Counted from the first letter of the stretch, positions 33,604 to 46,100 are shown. The stretch: 64,000 nucleotides of DNA from Dehalococcoidia bacterium (GCA_965215375.1 CBDCDO010000001.1:1120717-1184716), one strand, 5' to 3'. Made by a program: numbers and translations. The notes: generated by a model not told the origin, from the sequence alone.

Positions 33604-33909
33604 GCCGGACCTCGCTCACAGCGCCTGTGGCAATCCACGTAGTCGATCTCATACATGACATCGCCGTCGGCGCGGAACGTGATTCGCCAGTTGGCGCTGA
33701 CGCGGATTGACCAGGTGCCCGCGCGCTCGCCTCTGAACTGATGCAAGTGGAAGCCAGGCAGATTCAGCTCGGTCGGATACGTGATCGGCTTGAGCCATTC
33801 GCGCGAGAATCAGCTCGATCCGCTTGACGTATCTCGGATCAATCCGGCCGCGATCGCCGCGCTCGAACAGGGCTCGCAGGCTGCGAGAGCGGAATCGAAG
33901 CTCGGCCAC
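33594..33909 (-). pseudogene. higB: HigB family toxin, frameshifted
   Basis: 'FRSRSLRALFERGD' N-half; C-half 'ELNLPGFHLHQFRGERAGTWSIRVSANWRITF' in another frame; 4-bp tandem duplication tcggtcgg at 33769-33776. Confidence 0.88.
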
Positions 33910-33913
33910 TGAA

Positions 33914-34735
33914 TCAGAACCGATCTTGGTAGGACCTTGACAGGGACTCCGAGGGGTCGGCCTGGATTCCTAGCGGTGGGATTGGGTAGCGCAGCCCGTT
34001 TCGGGAGAGCTTGTCGAGCCCGTCGAGGAGTTTGGGCAGGTAGCGCGGTGGGATTGCCATGAGCAGCTCGTCGTCCTGGACGCCGCCGAAGCGACGCTCG
34101 GCGTAGCAGGGAATGCTGAGCGATGGCTCGCCGGTGCGCAGGGCCCGACCCCAACTGTCGGCGCAGGCTGACTCGCCGACGGAGGCGAACTCGAACTTCT
34201 TAAAGCCTGAGAACTGGAGTCCGTTGATCAGGATGATCATCTGGCCGGGCGTGCCGTAGAGCAGCACGACGTCGGGTGGATCGAGTCGGCCGGTTGCGAT
34301 TGGGGAGAGCGCCAGTGCTCGGTAGCGGCCCGAGGGCAGCACGTCCATCGCTTGCTGATGGAGGATCGCGTCTTCGTCGGTCTCGAACCAGACGTTGGTC
34401 ATGGTCGTGCGGAGTCGCCATTCTCCGTCGTCTTCGTTGGGGTGCAGACCGACAGGCGCTCCACATTGGGCGCCGATCAGGTCGTCCATGGTTACGCCGA
34501 GGGTGAAGTTGAGCCATCGCGCTTGGGCGACGAGTTGGTCGAGGGCGTGCTTGAACTGCGGCCGGCGGATGCGCTCGATCTCTTGCATCTCCTCGACGGT
34601 CTCGAACATTTTCATCCCGACCGGCGTGGCGGTGAGGCGGAGATATCTCTGCAATCCAGCGACGATCTCGGGCCAGTCGTAGCTGTCGGGCTCGGGTGGT
34701 GCGTCGGCGGCGACGCCGACAGGAGCGGTGGTCAT
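33914..34735 (-). CDS. DUF169 family protein
   Basis: 'LRL.ATPVGMK', 'PDVVLLYGTPGQM', 'GESACADSWG', 'SIPCYAERRFGGVQDDEL'; ATG 34735 with GGAG RBS. Confidence 0.85.
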   Translation of the reverse strand: MTTAPVGVAADAPPEPDSYDWPEIVAGLQRYLRLTATPVGMKMFETVEEMQEIERIRRPQFKHALDQLVAQARWLNFTLGVTMDDLIGAQCGAPVGLHPNEDDGEWRLRTTMTNVWFETDEDAILHQQAMDVLPSGRYRALALSPIATGRLDPPDVVLLYGTPGQMIILINGLQFSGFKKFEFASVGESACADSWGRALRTGEPSLSIPCYAERRFGGVQDDELLMAIPPRYLPKLLDGLDKLSRNGLRYPIPPLGIQADPSESLSRSYQDRF

Positions 34736-34894
34736 TCTTGAACTCCATCCTGTGCTCTGGTTGGACTCTCGCATGGTACGCCCGACGGTGCGGCGACGAC
34801 CACACCTCGTCACCTCGTCCGGCCGTCCTAATATGTGTGCGGCGGGTCAGGCAGTTGGATTAACTGGCACAGAGGCTCGAGGGGGAGCGTCGAT

Positions 34895-36121
34895 ATGGGA
34901 CTCAATGGGCGAACACGAATCTTGGTCTTGGGGTTGATTGTCGCGACGGTGGTGGCGACCACGGTGGTCAATCAGTTCGCGTTTGGACCAGCGGAGGCGG
35001 ACTCGGAAGAGCACACGACGCTGGCGCTGCGAATCGCTGCACAACGACTTGAGGATGGTCGGGTGGAGTTCGCGCTCCAAGGCCAAGGAGACGACGGTGG
35101 GTGGGGGCAGCGGATTGAGCCTCGGCAGCGAATGTTCCCTGTGGACGCTGAGGTGGGTCGCTGGCTGTATAGCTCTCCTGTCGAGTTCGCGGCGCCGATC
35201 CCCTTGTCTCCTCCGTTGCCGACGATCTGCGTCGTTGCCGATGGCGACCCGGACTCGCACTTCTGGCAGATGCTTGAGTTTCACACCAAACGCGGTGCGG
35301 ACAACTTGGGTCTCGACGTGACGTATTCCTCGCATCCCGATGTCGATGACCGTATCGCCGCGATCGAGGAGTGTGTTGATGACGACGCGCCGATGCTCCT
35401 GGCCTCGTTGGCGGATGCAGATGATGTGATTCCGTCGTTGCACGCGGCTGCGGCGGCGGGAGTCAAGATTGCGACGTTCGGCGCAGGCGAGCGTCACGCG
35501 GATCGGGCCGGGTCGCTGATCCACGTGTCGTTCAACGAATCGGCGGCTGGACGACGAGCCGTGGAGCAGTTTACGTCGCGAGATGTGAGCGGTCTGGTGC
35601 TCTGTCTGTACAAGGAAGGCAATCCTCAGGGACGTACGGGTATCTGCGACGTGGTCGACGAACTGTATGAGGGCGGCGACGTGGAACAGGTTGAGCTGAC
35701 TCCGAGCGATCGCGCCTCTCAGATTGTGCAGATCCTCAACGACCACCAAGACGCGGCGGGGCTGCTCGTGGTCGAGGGCGACCTGCTGCCGCCGGCGATT
35801 GCGGCCATCCAGGAATCGGGGGTCTCACCCGTGTTGGGCTCGGTTGGCGAGTATCAGCTCAGCAGACTGAGCTTTGCCGAGCGCGACCTGATTGCGTTCA
35901 TGGTGATGGATCTCGCGCGGGTGGAAACGCTTCTGCCGATGGCGGCATTGCACTACATGTATCGCTACCACCCGAACGCGCGATTCTTCGAGGGCGCGAT
36001 GCTGTTTGGTGGCGAGCCCAACACTCACGTCGGCGGAGCCCTCGGTGGACACGGCCGACCGGCGCCTGAGGGCGAATCTGACGACGACAGTGACGATGAA
36101 CACGATGACCATGATCACTAG
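34895..36121 (+). CDS. Sugar-type periplasmic binding protein fused to an N-terminal 'LRIAAQRLEDGRVEF' domain; Asp/His-rich tail
   Basis: Signal peptide (AEA-D); 'ICVVADGDPDSHFW..GADNLGLDV', 'AAAAGVKIATF', 'SFNESAAGRRA' typical of type I PBP fold. Confidence 0.8.
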   Translation: MGLNGRTRILVLGLIVATVVATTVVNQFAFGPAEADSEEHTTLALRIAAQRLEDGRVEFALQGQGDDGGWGQRIEPRQRMFPVDAEVGRWLYSSPVEFAAPIPLSPPLPTICVVADGDPDSHFWQMLEFHTKRGADNLGLDVTYSSHPDVDDRIAAIEECVDDDAPMLLASLADADDVIPSLHAAAAAGVKIATFGAGERHADRAGSLIHVSFNESAAGRRAVEQFTSRDVSGLVLCLYKEGNPQGRTGICDVVDELYEGGDVEQVELTPSDRASQIVQILNDHQDAAGLLVVEGDLLPPAIAAIQESGVSPVLGSVGEYQLSRLSFAERDLIAFMVMDLARVETLLPMAALHYMYRYHPNARFFEGAMLFGGEPNTHVGGALGGHGRPAPEGESDDDSDDEHDDHDH

Positions 36122-36182
36122 CGCAGGAAACGCGTAGCCTGATGGTGGTTGCCGCGAGACGCGGCGCGGAAAGGATCAACTG

Positions 36183-37403
36183 ATGCCAGCTCTTGACGGA
36201 CTCCGAGTCCTTGATATGACCCAATACGAGGCAGGGACCTCCTGCACGCAGGCACTGGCGTGGCATGGCGCCGATGTGGTCAAGATTGAACAGCCTGGTG
36301 TTGGCGATCCGGGACGGGGCGTGGGCAACGCCTCGGATGTCGACTCGCACTACTTCATCAACTGGAACTCCAACAAGCGCTCGGTCACGATCAATCTGCG
36401 AGACGAGCGTGGTCGGGCGTTGCTTTTCGAGATGTTGCCGCACTACGACGTCTTCGTCGAGAACTACGGCCCTGGCGTGATGGAGAAGCTCGGGCTGACC
36501 TATGAGGCGCTGAAGGAGGTCCATCCGTCGATCATCTACGCGCGGCTCAAGGGGTTCGGCCTGTCGGGGCCGTTTGCCGGCTTCAAGAGTTTTGATCCCG
36601 TCGCTCAGAACGCCGCCGGGGCGTTTTCGGTCACGGGCGAGCATGACGGTCCGCCGATGCGGCCTGGCGCGTGCGTCGGCGATAGCGGGACAGGGATGCA
36701 GCTCGCGTTTGCGATCACTTCGGCGTACGTGCAAAAGCTGCGCACAGGCGAGGGCCAACACATCGAGATCTCGATGCAGGAGGCGATGACCTACTACGTG
36801 CGCACGCCGGTCGCTGGAACACAGAGTTGGGGCGATGTCGCCGCGGAGCGTCGCGGAAACGGCTGGAGCGGCCCGACCGATCTGTATCCGTGCAAGCCTA
36901 TGCCCGGCTCAAACGGCGCCGATGACTACCTGTACATCATTGCGCTCACGACTCGGATGTGGGACACCTTCTGCGCGGCGATGGGACGTCCGGACATGGT
37001 CGTCGACCCGCGATTCTGCGATGAGCAGGCGAGAATCGACCACAACGACGAGCTCAAGGCGGAGATTCGCGCGTGGACGATCCAGCACGACAAGTGGGAG
37101 GCGATGCAGATTCTCGGCGAGGCTGGCGTGCCTTGCTCGGCGACGCACAGCACCTACGACCTCTTCCACAATCCCCACTTCGACGAGCGCGGCTTCATTC
37201 AGGACATCGAGCATCCGCAGCACGGGCCAATCCGTCTGTTGGGTTGGGCGCCCAAGATGGAGAAGAGCGATGTACCGATGACGGCCGCGCCACTGCTCGG
37301 CGAGCACACCCGCGAGGTGCTCGGCGACGACCTCGGGATCGAAGGGTCGGAGTTCGCAAGGCTCGAGTCGGAGGGAATCGTCAGCTGTCGCAACGGGATG
37401 TGA
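36183..37403 (+). CDS. CoA-transferase family III (formyl-CoA transferase/CaiB-like)
   Basis: 'LDGLRVLDMTQYEAG', 'GADVVKIEQPG.GD', 'NSNKRSV', 'DVFVENYGPG', 'GDSGTG', 'APLLGEHT'. Confidence 0.93.
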   Translation: MPALDGLRVLDMTQYEAGTSCTQALAWHGADVVKIEQPGVGDPGRGVGNASDVDSHYFINWNSNKRSVTINLRDERGRALLFEMLPHYDVFVENYGPGVMEKLGLTYEALKEVHPSIIYARLKGFGLSGPFAGFKSFDPVAQNAAGAFSVTGEHDGPPMRPGACVGDSGTGMQLAFAITSAYVQKLRTGEGQHIEISMQEAMTYYVRTPVAGTQSWGDVAAERRGNGWSGPTDLYPCKPMPGSNGADDYLYIIALTTRMWDTFCAAMGRPDMVVDPRFCDEQARIDHNDELKAEIRAWTIQHDKWEAMQILGEAGVPCSATHSTYDLFHNPHFDERGFIQDIEHPQHGPIRLLGWAPKMEKSDVPMTAAPLLGEHTREVLGDDLGIEGSEFARLESEGIVSCRNGM

Positions 37404-37463
37404 AGGGAGGGCGGAGTCTAGCAACGTCGGCCTACTCGAACTTGAGAGAGGCCGGTCCTGGAC

Positions 37464-37500
37464 TCAGCGAGATTCCCGCGCCCCGCCGCGGGTATGACGA
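37464..37500. repeat. REP-like palindrome family A (gtcatacccgcg..cgcgggtatctcg / gagattcccgcg..gcgggtatgacg)
   Basis: Single arm here; inverted pairs at 52088-52210, 52402-52524 and 52717-52840; partial at ~52930. Confidence 0.8.
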
Positions 37501-37708
37501 ATGCTCTCGGAGGCATCCTCGGCGGTGCGGTGTCATTGACCATTTGTGGGCGTCGGCCGAGCGGACCCCCGCATTCGCAGGGGAATTGGATTCGCACTCT
37601 CGGGGGAGTTGGATTGCGGGTGCTCAGTACCTGTTGTGAGCGAACTGGAAGATGGGTGAGTTTTCGGATGTTGCGGACTTGGTGATATACCAATAGACGC
37701 TGCCTGAT

Positions 37709-38959
37709 TTGAGAATTTCTTCACGAAGGACGACTCTGTTGCCGCGTTTGAGATGTCCGCTCTGGCTGGTTGGGATGCTTCTTGGTGTCCTGTTTGGGCT
37801 GGCAGCGATCGTGGTGGCTTGTGGCGAGGACGAGGTGTCGCAACCGCTTATCCAACAGTCGGAGCAGCAGCGCGAGTCAGACTCCCAGCCCGAGGAAGCT
37901 GAGTCCACTCAGCGAGAACCTACCGAGGCGCAGCAAGATCAGGCACCTTCCGGACAACAGGACGAACAGCCGAACGAAGCGACGACCGCTTTAGCGACCG
38001 AACAGCAAGCGCAGGAGCAATCGACTGCCTCGGATCAGTCGCAAGCACAATCCGTACCTCAGCAGCAGGAGTCGGCAGCGCAGGATCAGCAGAGCCAGCA
38101 GTCGGCGCCTGAGGAAGCGGTGCCGGAGGGCACTCGGTTGATTACGCTCTTCGGCGACATGACCGAGGTCGTGTATGCGCTCGGCGCGGAGGACTTCCTG
38201 GTCGCGCGGGATACGAGCTCCATCTATCCGCCGGTGGCGGAAGCGCTGCCCAACCTTGGGTTTGCGGGCGCGCTCAATGCCGAGGCGATTCTCGACTTCG
38301 AGCCAACGCTGATCATCGGTTCGCCGATGGCTGGTCCGCCGGAAGTGCTCGAGCAGCTGCATCAGGCCGGGGTGGAGGTGCTGATCATCGAGGACCTGAT
38401 CCGACTTGACGCGCCACAGATCAAGATTCGAGCAATTGGCGAGGCGCTCGGCATTCCGAAGCGCGCGGAGGCAGTCGCGCTCGACGTTGAGAAGCGATTG
38501 GAAACGGTTCTCGCAACGACCGACAACGAACAACCCGTTCGGGTGATGCACGTCTACCTTCGCCGGGGCGGTCTGCAATTGGTATCGGGCTCGGGCAATG
38601 AGGCTGAGTTGATCATTGAGGCAGCCGGCGGTGTCGATGCGGCAGCGGAGGTCGGTATCGTGGGGTGGCAACCGCTGAGTCCCGAGGCACTCGTTTCTGC
38701 TGATCCGGATGTTTACTTGGTCATGGATCGAGGTCTTGAAGTGGTCGGTGGTGTTGAGGGACTGCTGGAGATTCCTGGGATGGCCCAGACCAGGGCGGGA
38801 AAGGGACCGTACGTGATCTCAATGGCCGACATCTATCTGCTCGGCTTTGGTCCTCGCTTGCCTGAGGCGATCGCCGATTTGGCGCAGTTTCTCCGCGAGG
38901 TTCGGTCTGAGATCGGCGAAGACGACATCGAGCAGCGCAGCGGTGACAGCGAAGAGTAG
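37709..38959 (+). CDS. hmuT: Heme/hemin-type ABC substrate-binding lipoprotein (start may be ATG 37775)
   Basis: VVAC lipobox, Q/E-rich linker, 'TEVVYALGA..LVARDTSSIYP', 'LSPEALVSADPD', 'LLGFGPR'. Confidence 0.8.
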   Translation: MRISSRRTTLLPRLRCPLWLVGMLLGVLFGLAAIVVACGEDEVSQPLIQQSEQQRESDSQPEEAESTQREPTEAQQDQAPSGQQDEQPNEATTALATEQQAQEQSTASDQSQAQSVPQQQESAAQDQQSQQSAPEEAVPEGTRLITLFGDMTEVVYALGAEDFLVARDTSSIYPPVAEALPNLGFAGALNAEAILDFEPTLIIGSPMAGPPEVLEQLHQAGVEVLIIEDLIRLDAPQIKIRAIGEALGIPKRAEAVALDVEKRLETVLATTDNEQPVRVMHVYLRRGGLQLVSGSGNEAELIIEAAGGVDAAAEVGIVGWQPLSPEALVSADPDVYLVMDRGLEVVGGVEGLLEIPGMAQTRAGKGPYVISMADIYLLGFGPRLPEAIADLAQFLREVRSEIGEDDIEQRSGDSEE

Positions 38960-40062
38960 TGGTCAATCGTCCTCTGGCCCAGCTTCGGGAGCGTCGTCCT
39001 GAATGGGCGGACATCGGCGAGGCGCCGCTGCCGGGGCTGTTGGGAGTTCTCGCTTGGGCAACGTTGTCGGCTGCGTTACTGGCGTTGATTGCTGCCAACC
39101 TGATTCTGGGCGCGTTTGACGTCGAGATTCTCCGCATCGTGGGGTTGATCTTCGACAAGGCTGGCATCGACCTCGGGATCGAGTACACCAGTCGCGAGGA
39201 GGCGGTGGTCTGGGTGATCCGTCTTCCGCGCATGATCATGGCAGCGCTGGTCGGCGCTGGACTGGGCGTCTCGGGAGCGGCGCTACAGGGACTCTTCCGC
39301 AATCCGCTTGCTGATCCAGGATTGATCGGCGTGTCGAGCGGCGCGGCGTTTGCAGTTGCGATATCGATTGTGCTCGGTATCACCGCGTGGGGGGCGTTCG
39401 TACAACCGCTGGCTGCGTTTAGTGGTGGCCTCACGCTGACATTTCTGATCTATGCGTTCGCCCGTCGCGGCGGACGCCAACAGATGGCGACGATGTTGCT
39501 GGTTGGCATCGCCGTGAATGCATTGCTCGGAGCGGCGTTGAGTTTCATCCTTTCGTTCTCGGACGATGCACAGTTGCGAGACATCGTGTTCTGGACGTTA
39601 GGCAGCCTGGCGGGATCGATCTGGAGCTACGTACTCGCTGCGGCGCCTCTGATCTTGTTCGCGATCGTCGTCCTGATCCGTCAGTCGGGAGCGCTGAACC
39701 TGTTGTCGTTGGGCGATGCCGAGGCTCGGCACCTCGGGCTCCGAGTGCAGCGCGCGCAACTATTGATTGTCGCCGCGGCGGCGATGGCGACGGGCGCCGG
39801 CGTGGCTGTCGCTGGAGTGGTGGGATTTGTCGGCCTGATCGCGCCACATATGGTGCGCCTCGCGGTCGGACCCGACCACCGTCGATTGATGCCAGCGAGC
39901 GCGATGGCGGGTGCGATCCTCGTGTTGGGCGCAGACCTCGCAGCGCGGACGATCGCCGATCCGGCCGAGCTGCCATTGGGTGTGCTCACGGCGCTGATCG
40001 GTACGCCCGTGTTCTTGTATCTGATCGACCGCTCGCGGCGCAGCCTAGCTTCGGGTTTCTAG
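38959..40062 (+). CDS. hmuU: FecCD/HmuU family iron-chelate ABC permease
   Basis: 'IRLPR', 'SGAALQGLFRNPLADPGLIGVSSGA', 'LGDAEARHLG', 'GFVGLIAPH', 'ELPLGVLT'. Confidence 0.88.
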   Translation: MVNRPLAQLRERRPEWADIGEAPLPGLLGVLAWATLSAALLALIAANLILGAFDVEILRIVGLIFDKAGIDLGIEYTSREEAVVWVIRLPRMIMAALVGAGLGVSGAALQGLFRNPLADPGLIGVSSGAAFAVAISIVLGITAWGAFVQPLAAFSGGLTLTFLIYAFARRGGRQQMATMLLVGIAVNALLGAALSFILSFSDDAQLRDIVFWTLGSLAGSIWSYVLAAAPLILFAIVVLIRQSGALNLLSLGDAEARHLGLRVQRAQLLIVAAAAMATGAGVAVAGVVGFVGLIAPHMVRLAVGPDHRRLMPASAMAGAILVLGADLAARTIADPAELPLGVLTALIGTPVFLYLIDRSRRSLASGF

Positions 40063-40155
40063 CGTGGTTGCGGACGGGTTCGGCGCACGACATTGCCAGA
40101 GGTATTGAGCGGCAACCTCTATAATGTTGCGAAGTTTTCACTAAAGGAGTACCCG

Positions 40156-43100
40156 ATGCGCGATCGCGCCAGGTCCTCATTGTCTTCCGACCGCAGTCGA
40201 CGCGTCGGCGGCTTCACGCTGCTGTTGGCGGCGCTCGCAGCAGTCCTGATCCTCACCATGGGCGGCGAAGCTTGGGCAGCCCGGCAATCCGCGCCAACGC
40301 AACCGCAATCTGAGAGCCTATCCAGCAGCGGACTCGCGCTGGACGTTTCGGCCACACGTCTGCGCGTCGTCGAGGGTGGCTCGGCGGCGACGTATACGAT
40401 CCGTCCCAGCACGGTTCCTGTGCAGACGATCAGCATCGCCATCGGTAACCCGGATACGACGGCGTTCACCGTCTCGCCGCCCACGCTCAGTTTCAACACC
40501 AGCAACTGGCAAACCGCTCAACCGGTGACCATCACCCCGCTGCAGGATGACGATTCCGACCACGAAGTCGTCAGTCTCACCCATACCGCCTCTGGCTTTG
40601 CGGATCCCGATATCAAAGTATACGTCTCGGACGACGATGCGACTGATCCTCCGCCCGTTCCCGACGATGCTGGTGGCCTATACGGCACGCTGGCGCAAGC
40701 CTCGAAGGCACTCGTTAAGGTCAACGAAGGCCACTTCGAACACGTCGACACCTACACACTTCATCTGACATCTGATCCAGGACAGAACGTCACGCTCACC
40801 GTGAACAACCCTGCTCCGGAACAACTCGCAATCTCGCCCACTTCGCTTACGTTCACAGCAGGTGGAAGTGGTAACTGGAATGCTCCACAGACCGTGACAG
40901 TCACTGGTCAGTCTGACAGTGACAACCGGAACGATGGCCTCTACCCGCTGTACTTCATCCACAGCAGCGGCGCGTTCTTCGGCCCGCCGGTGCTGGTCCA
41001 CACACGAGACATTAGCGGCGTCGGTGACAATACCGTCGTCTATGGGATGGAATACGTCTACGTCACCGAACGCGGCGCGACAGCGACGTACAGCGTGCGC
41101 ATGGCTGGCGCCCCTGCGAATTACCTCCGCGTCAACATCTCCAGTACGATTCCTAAATCGGTGCTTGTCGAACCAGATACGGTGGACTTCGATCAAGCAA
41201 ACTGGGATGATCCACAGTTCATTACGATCACCGCGCGTGATGACCTCGACTCCATCAGCCAACGGGGCATGATTACGCACCGATATCAAGAGGCAAGCCA
41301 CACCAACTGGGACAACGTGATCATGTTCAGGGACGGCAAGTCGCTGCCGATCATCACCACAGACGGCTGGAGCGGAGACCCAATCTTCGAACAGAACGGC
41401 GATGCGATCGCTAACGTTCTCACCTACGATGGCAAGGAGCCCACCTACACGGTACGCCTCGCCAACGACCCTGAGCAGGACGTCACCCTGGACCTGCAAC
41501 ACGATGACAGGTTCACTGCCCATCCCAACCAACTCACCTTCACCGGCGGCTCAAGCGGCAACTGGGCCACACCGCAAACCGTCACCCTCCACGTTGGGTT
41601 AGACAGTGACACCGACAACGAAGAAATCGTAATCGATCACGTGTACGATGGCTTTGTCGAAGCGACACTGCCCGTGACGATCATCGACAGCGATCCGAAA
41701 TCAATGATCGTCTACGTCTATCCCAGCACCAGCACGATGAATGAGGGTGAGACCATTCAGTGCTACTTCGTAGCCCTGGCAGACGATCCCGGCGGCGAAG
41801 TCACGATGACGCTGACCTCCTCTTTGCCGGGCTCGCTGACGATTTCGCCCACGACGTTGACATTCAACAGCGACAACTATCGGGATATGCAGCCGATCAC
41901 CCTCACCGCCGTCGAGGATATCAACGCCAACGACGAAACCGTTGCTATCCTCCACGAGCTGCCCGGATACCGCCAGGTCACCCTGAGCATCGACATCACA
42001 GACAATGACCCAGGCGGCATTACGATTGCACCGCGTAACGAATTCACCCTTCCGGAAGGGCCCGGCAACTACTCGTATCGCGTCCACTTGACGCGAGACC
42101 CTGGCGTCGGCAAGACAGTCGCCGTTGAGCGCAGTGGCAATACAGGCGGCATAACGTTCTACACTGCCAACCTTTACGGGAGACTCACATTCACCGGTGG
42201 CCCCGATGGCACATGGGCCATCCCTCAGAGATACGATTTCGGCGTCGATCGAGACTCTGACAACGTCGACAACACATATGTCGCCACACATACCACGACC
42301 ATTGATGGCTTCACTAGCAACAGCGACGTGATCCTGCACGTAGTTGAGACTCATCCCAACACTCGCCAGCGCGCACGCCCCGTCGTGTACACCGGCGCGG
42401 ACATGATCGTCGAAATCCCCGAGCCAGTCGACTGCGAGGACGACCCCGACCACGAAGATTGCGAAGAGCCCGATCCCAACCACTTCCCGCTGCCGACGGT
42501 CGCACCGTCACGGCTCCACGTCGTCGAAGGCAGTTCAGCTCGCAGCTACAGCGTCTTCTTCACAGAAGATCCGATGACAGACATCACGGTCACCATCACC
42601 ACAGAAAGCGCCAATTCAACGCTCGCTAGTTGGTCGGTCGCACCGTTGACGTTAACCTTTACCGGCGGTGAGAACGGCAACTGGCAGACCCCACAGTGGG
42701 TCGCCGTCAGCGGGGTCGCCGATAGTGATACCGACGACGATCTGCTCACTATCGTTCACCGAGCGACTAGCTACGCCCAGGATGGCACCGTAGCCCGCCA
42801 GGAGTATGGCGACTCGGTCATTGCCAACCTGTATGACAACAACACTGACGCGGTAACCATCAGCGACATCGCGCTCGCCATCAGGGAAGGAGCAACGGCG
42901 ACGTACACAGTCTCGCTGGCAAGCGACCCCGGAGGAACCGCAACCGTTACTCCGACAAGCAGCAATACTACCTCCGTGACAATCTCTCCCGCTTTGCTCA
43001 CATTTACATCATCCGATTGGATGAGCCCCCAAACGGTAACGGTACAAGCAGTACAGGATCCCGATGGCGACCACGAGACCGCTACCATTTCGCACACCGT

Positions 43101-46100
43101 TTCTGGCTACACCACGGCGACACCACCTGCCAGTGTGAGCGTCGATGTCACCGATGACGAAGCTCCGACAGTCAGCGTCACGCCCGGCAGCGCCGTCACT
43201 GAAGGCGCGGCTGCTAGCTTCACAGTCTCCGCAAGCCCAGCGCAGACATCACCCTTGTCGGTATCCATCACCGTCGCCCAGAACGGAGAATACGCCGCTG
43301 ATGCCGATATCGGTACAAAGACTGTCAGCATTCCGACTAGTGGCAACCTGATGTATACCGTCGATACCACGGCCGACGATCAGGACGAACCCGATGGTGA
43401 CATTACGGTCACCTTGAACGCCGGCGACCCCTACACAGTGTCTCCGACCGAAGGAACAGCCATGGTAGCGGTCTCGGACGATGATGATCCACCTGAATGC
43501 ACGGTCCAGTTGCCTTCCGACGCCATTACGGTCGCCGAGGTCAAGGTATGGCGGGACGAATTCACAGCTTCAACCCATGTCCTGCGTTGGAACAAGGTGC
43601 TCGCGGCCCTAGGTGAGAGTACTGGCGAGTCGGCCATGACTGCCGCCGAGTCTCGGGACATTAAGAGTAGGATCAACAATAGTCGCTGGGATCGCACGAC
43701 CCGCACGTTAGAGGCAATGGCCAAGTGCGGCACGACACCGCCAGTGATACCTGAGCTGTCGATTACCGCGGGTAGCGACGTTGCGGAGGGTAGTGATGCA
43801 ATCTTCACAATCACAGCGACTCCGGCTCCTACGAAGACTCTACTCGTGTGGCTTTCCATCGCTGAGGTAGGTGATTTCAACGTCGATCCAAGCGGGGTGT
43901 ACTCCGTCAACATGACGACCAGCGGGTCATACACGTTGGAGTTGGAAACGACAGGTGACAATGTCAATGAAGCCGATGGCTCAGCTAAGGTGGCAATCAG
44001 TGCCCGCCCAACGTACACCGTCTCGACAACTGCTGGTGCGGCTACCGTCGCGATTGCTGACGACGATGTGCCTGAGATCAGTATTGCATCTGTCTCCGAC
44101 ATCATTGAGGGCGCTAATGCGATGTTCACCCTTACTGCGATTCCGGCTCCAGCGATTCCGCTGGCTGTCGAAGTGGAAGTGACGCAGAGCGCCGACTTCG
44201 GTGCGGCCACTGGCATGCATACAGTGACAATCCCGACATCGGGCACCAAGACGTTCCAGGTCGCCACAAACGATGACCGTGCCGACGATGCGGACGGTCC
44301 AGTTACTGTCACTATCAGCACTGGCACAGGCTATACAGTGTCCGCCGGCTCTGGTTCCGCAGAGGTAAACGTGTCTGACAACGACCCTCCCGCGGGTACC
44401 TCTATCATTAGTATTGTTGCCGGGTCTGATATCAAGGAGGGTGCCGACGCAACGTTCACGGTCACTGCCAATCCTCCACCGTCTGCCGACTTGGCGGTCT
44501 CGGTAACTATCTCCCAAACGGGCGAGTTTGTTGCGGCAACAGGTTCCCAGACCTTCACTATCCCGCCGACCGGCACGTACATGTTCACGGTCGCGATCGA
44601 CGACGATGACGTGTACGAAGAGGATGGCTCCGTTACGGTGACGGTCGGCACCAACACCAATAACCCAGGTTCCTATGCTGCATCGCCCACGGATAGTTCG
44701 GCAACGGTGCAAGTGTCTGACGACGAAAAGTCTAACCCCTGCGTGCAGGTTGTGACGGCTAGTGGCACCATCGAAGCGCAATGGACGAGCAGGTGCGATT
44801 CTCATGCCCGCTGGCAGCGCTATAGTCAGTTCTACACGTTCGAAGTCTCCCAGGAGAGCAAGATTACCATTGACTTGGTATCGGTCGCCGATCCCTACCT
44901 GTATCTGCGTGCAGGGCAAGGCACAGACCGAGGCGCATCGGTAGAAACCAACGACGACGGCGGTCCTGGCAGGAATGCGCGAATCGTGAGACAGCTCGAT
45001 GCTGGATGGTACACGATCGAAGCAACCACATACTATCGACGTGCTGAGGACAAGTTCCAACTTACGATCGGTGGACTGCCGACTGCGACATCGCCGAAAG
45101 CGCAGCAGGCGCAAACTACTGAACCAGAGATTACGATCGTCGCTGGTGCCGATGTCACTGAAGGCAGCGACGCGACCTTCACGATCACGGCGTCTCCGAC
45201 TCCGGCGGTAGACCTTGACGTGACAATTGCAGTCACACAAAGCGGCGATTACGTCACGACGGGCCCTCACACGGTGACGATCCCTACTTCCGGTAGCCGG
45301 ACCCTCACGATATCCACAACGAATGATAGCGATGACGAACCTGATGGCTCGGTCACGGCGACCTTGTCTACGGGTCCGGGTTACACCGTCTCGGGAACGA
45401 GTAATGCTGCGACCGTTGGGGTTTCGGATGATGATGATCCTCCCGTTGTTACTCCAGTGACTAGTATTACGGCCGACAATGGGATTACTGAGGGCGGGAA
45501 TGCCAGCTTTACCGTGACGGCGAGCCCCAATCCGACCTCGGTGCTCACCGTAACATTGGCAATCTCGCAGAATGGTAGCTTTGGTGTTTCGATTGGCTCT
45601 CGGACGATTACAGTTCCCACAACTGGTAGCATCACATTCACCGTTGCTACAACGGACGACAGTACTGACGAGCCTGATGGCTCGGTCACGGCGACGATTA
45701 GTAGTGGTACCGGGTACACGGTGTCGCAGACTTCTGGTGCGGCCAGCGTTGCGATCTCGGACGACGATGATACTTGTACTCCCACCTTGCCGTCGGACGC
45801 TGTTACTATCTCAGAGATTACCGGCTGGCGCGATGCGCTCAGCAATGCTGCTGGGATCAAGCGATTCAATCGTGTGCTGGCAACGCTTGGTGTGGACACC
45901 GGCGAAACTGCAATGCCTGCGGAGCTTGCCCAACAAGTCGCGGATTGGCTCGGCAACACGCGCTGGGATCGCATTGCGCGCACACTAGCGGCAATGGAGC
46001 AGTCGCAATGCGAAGCGCCGCCCACCGAGCCCGAGATTAGTATCACCGCTGGCAGCGGGATTACTGAGGGTGGGAACGCTAGCTTTACCGTGACGGCGAG

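Noticed and set aside
37709-37724. Possible Fur-type box (ttgagaatttcttcac) upstream of the heme transporter
   Set aside because: Only one half-site matches; too weak to call by eye
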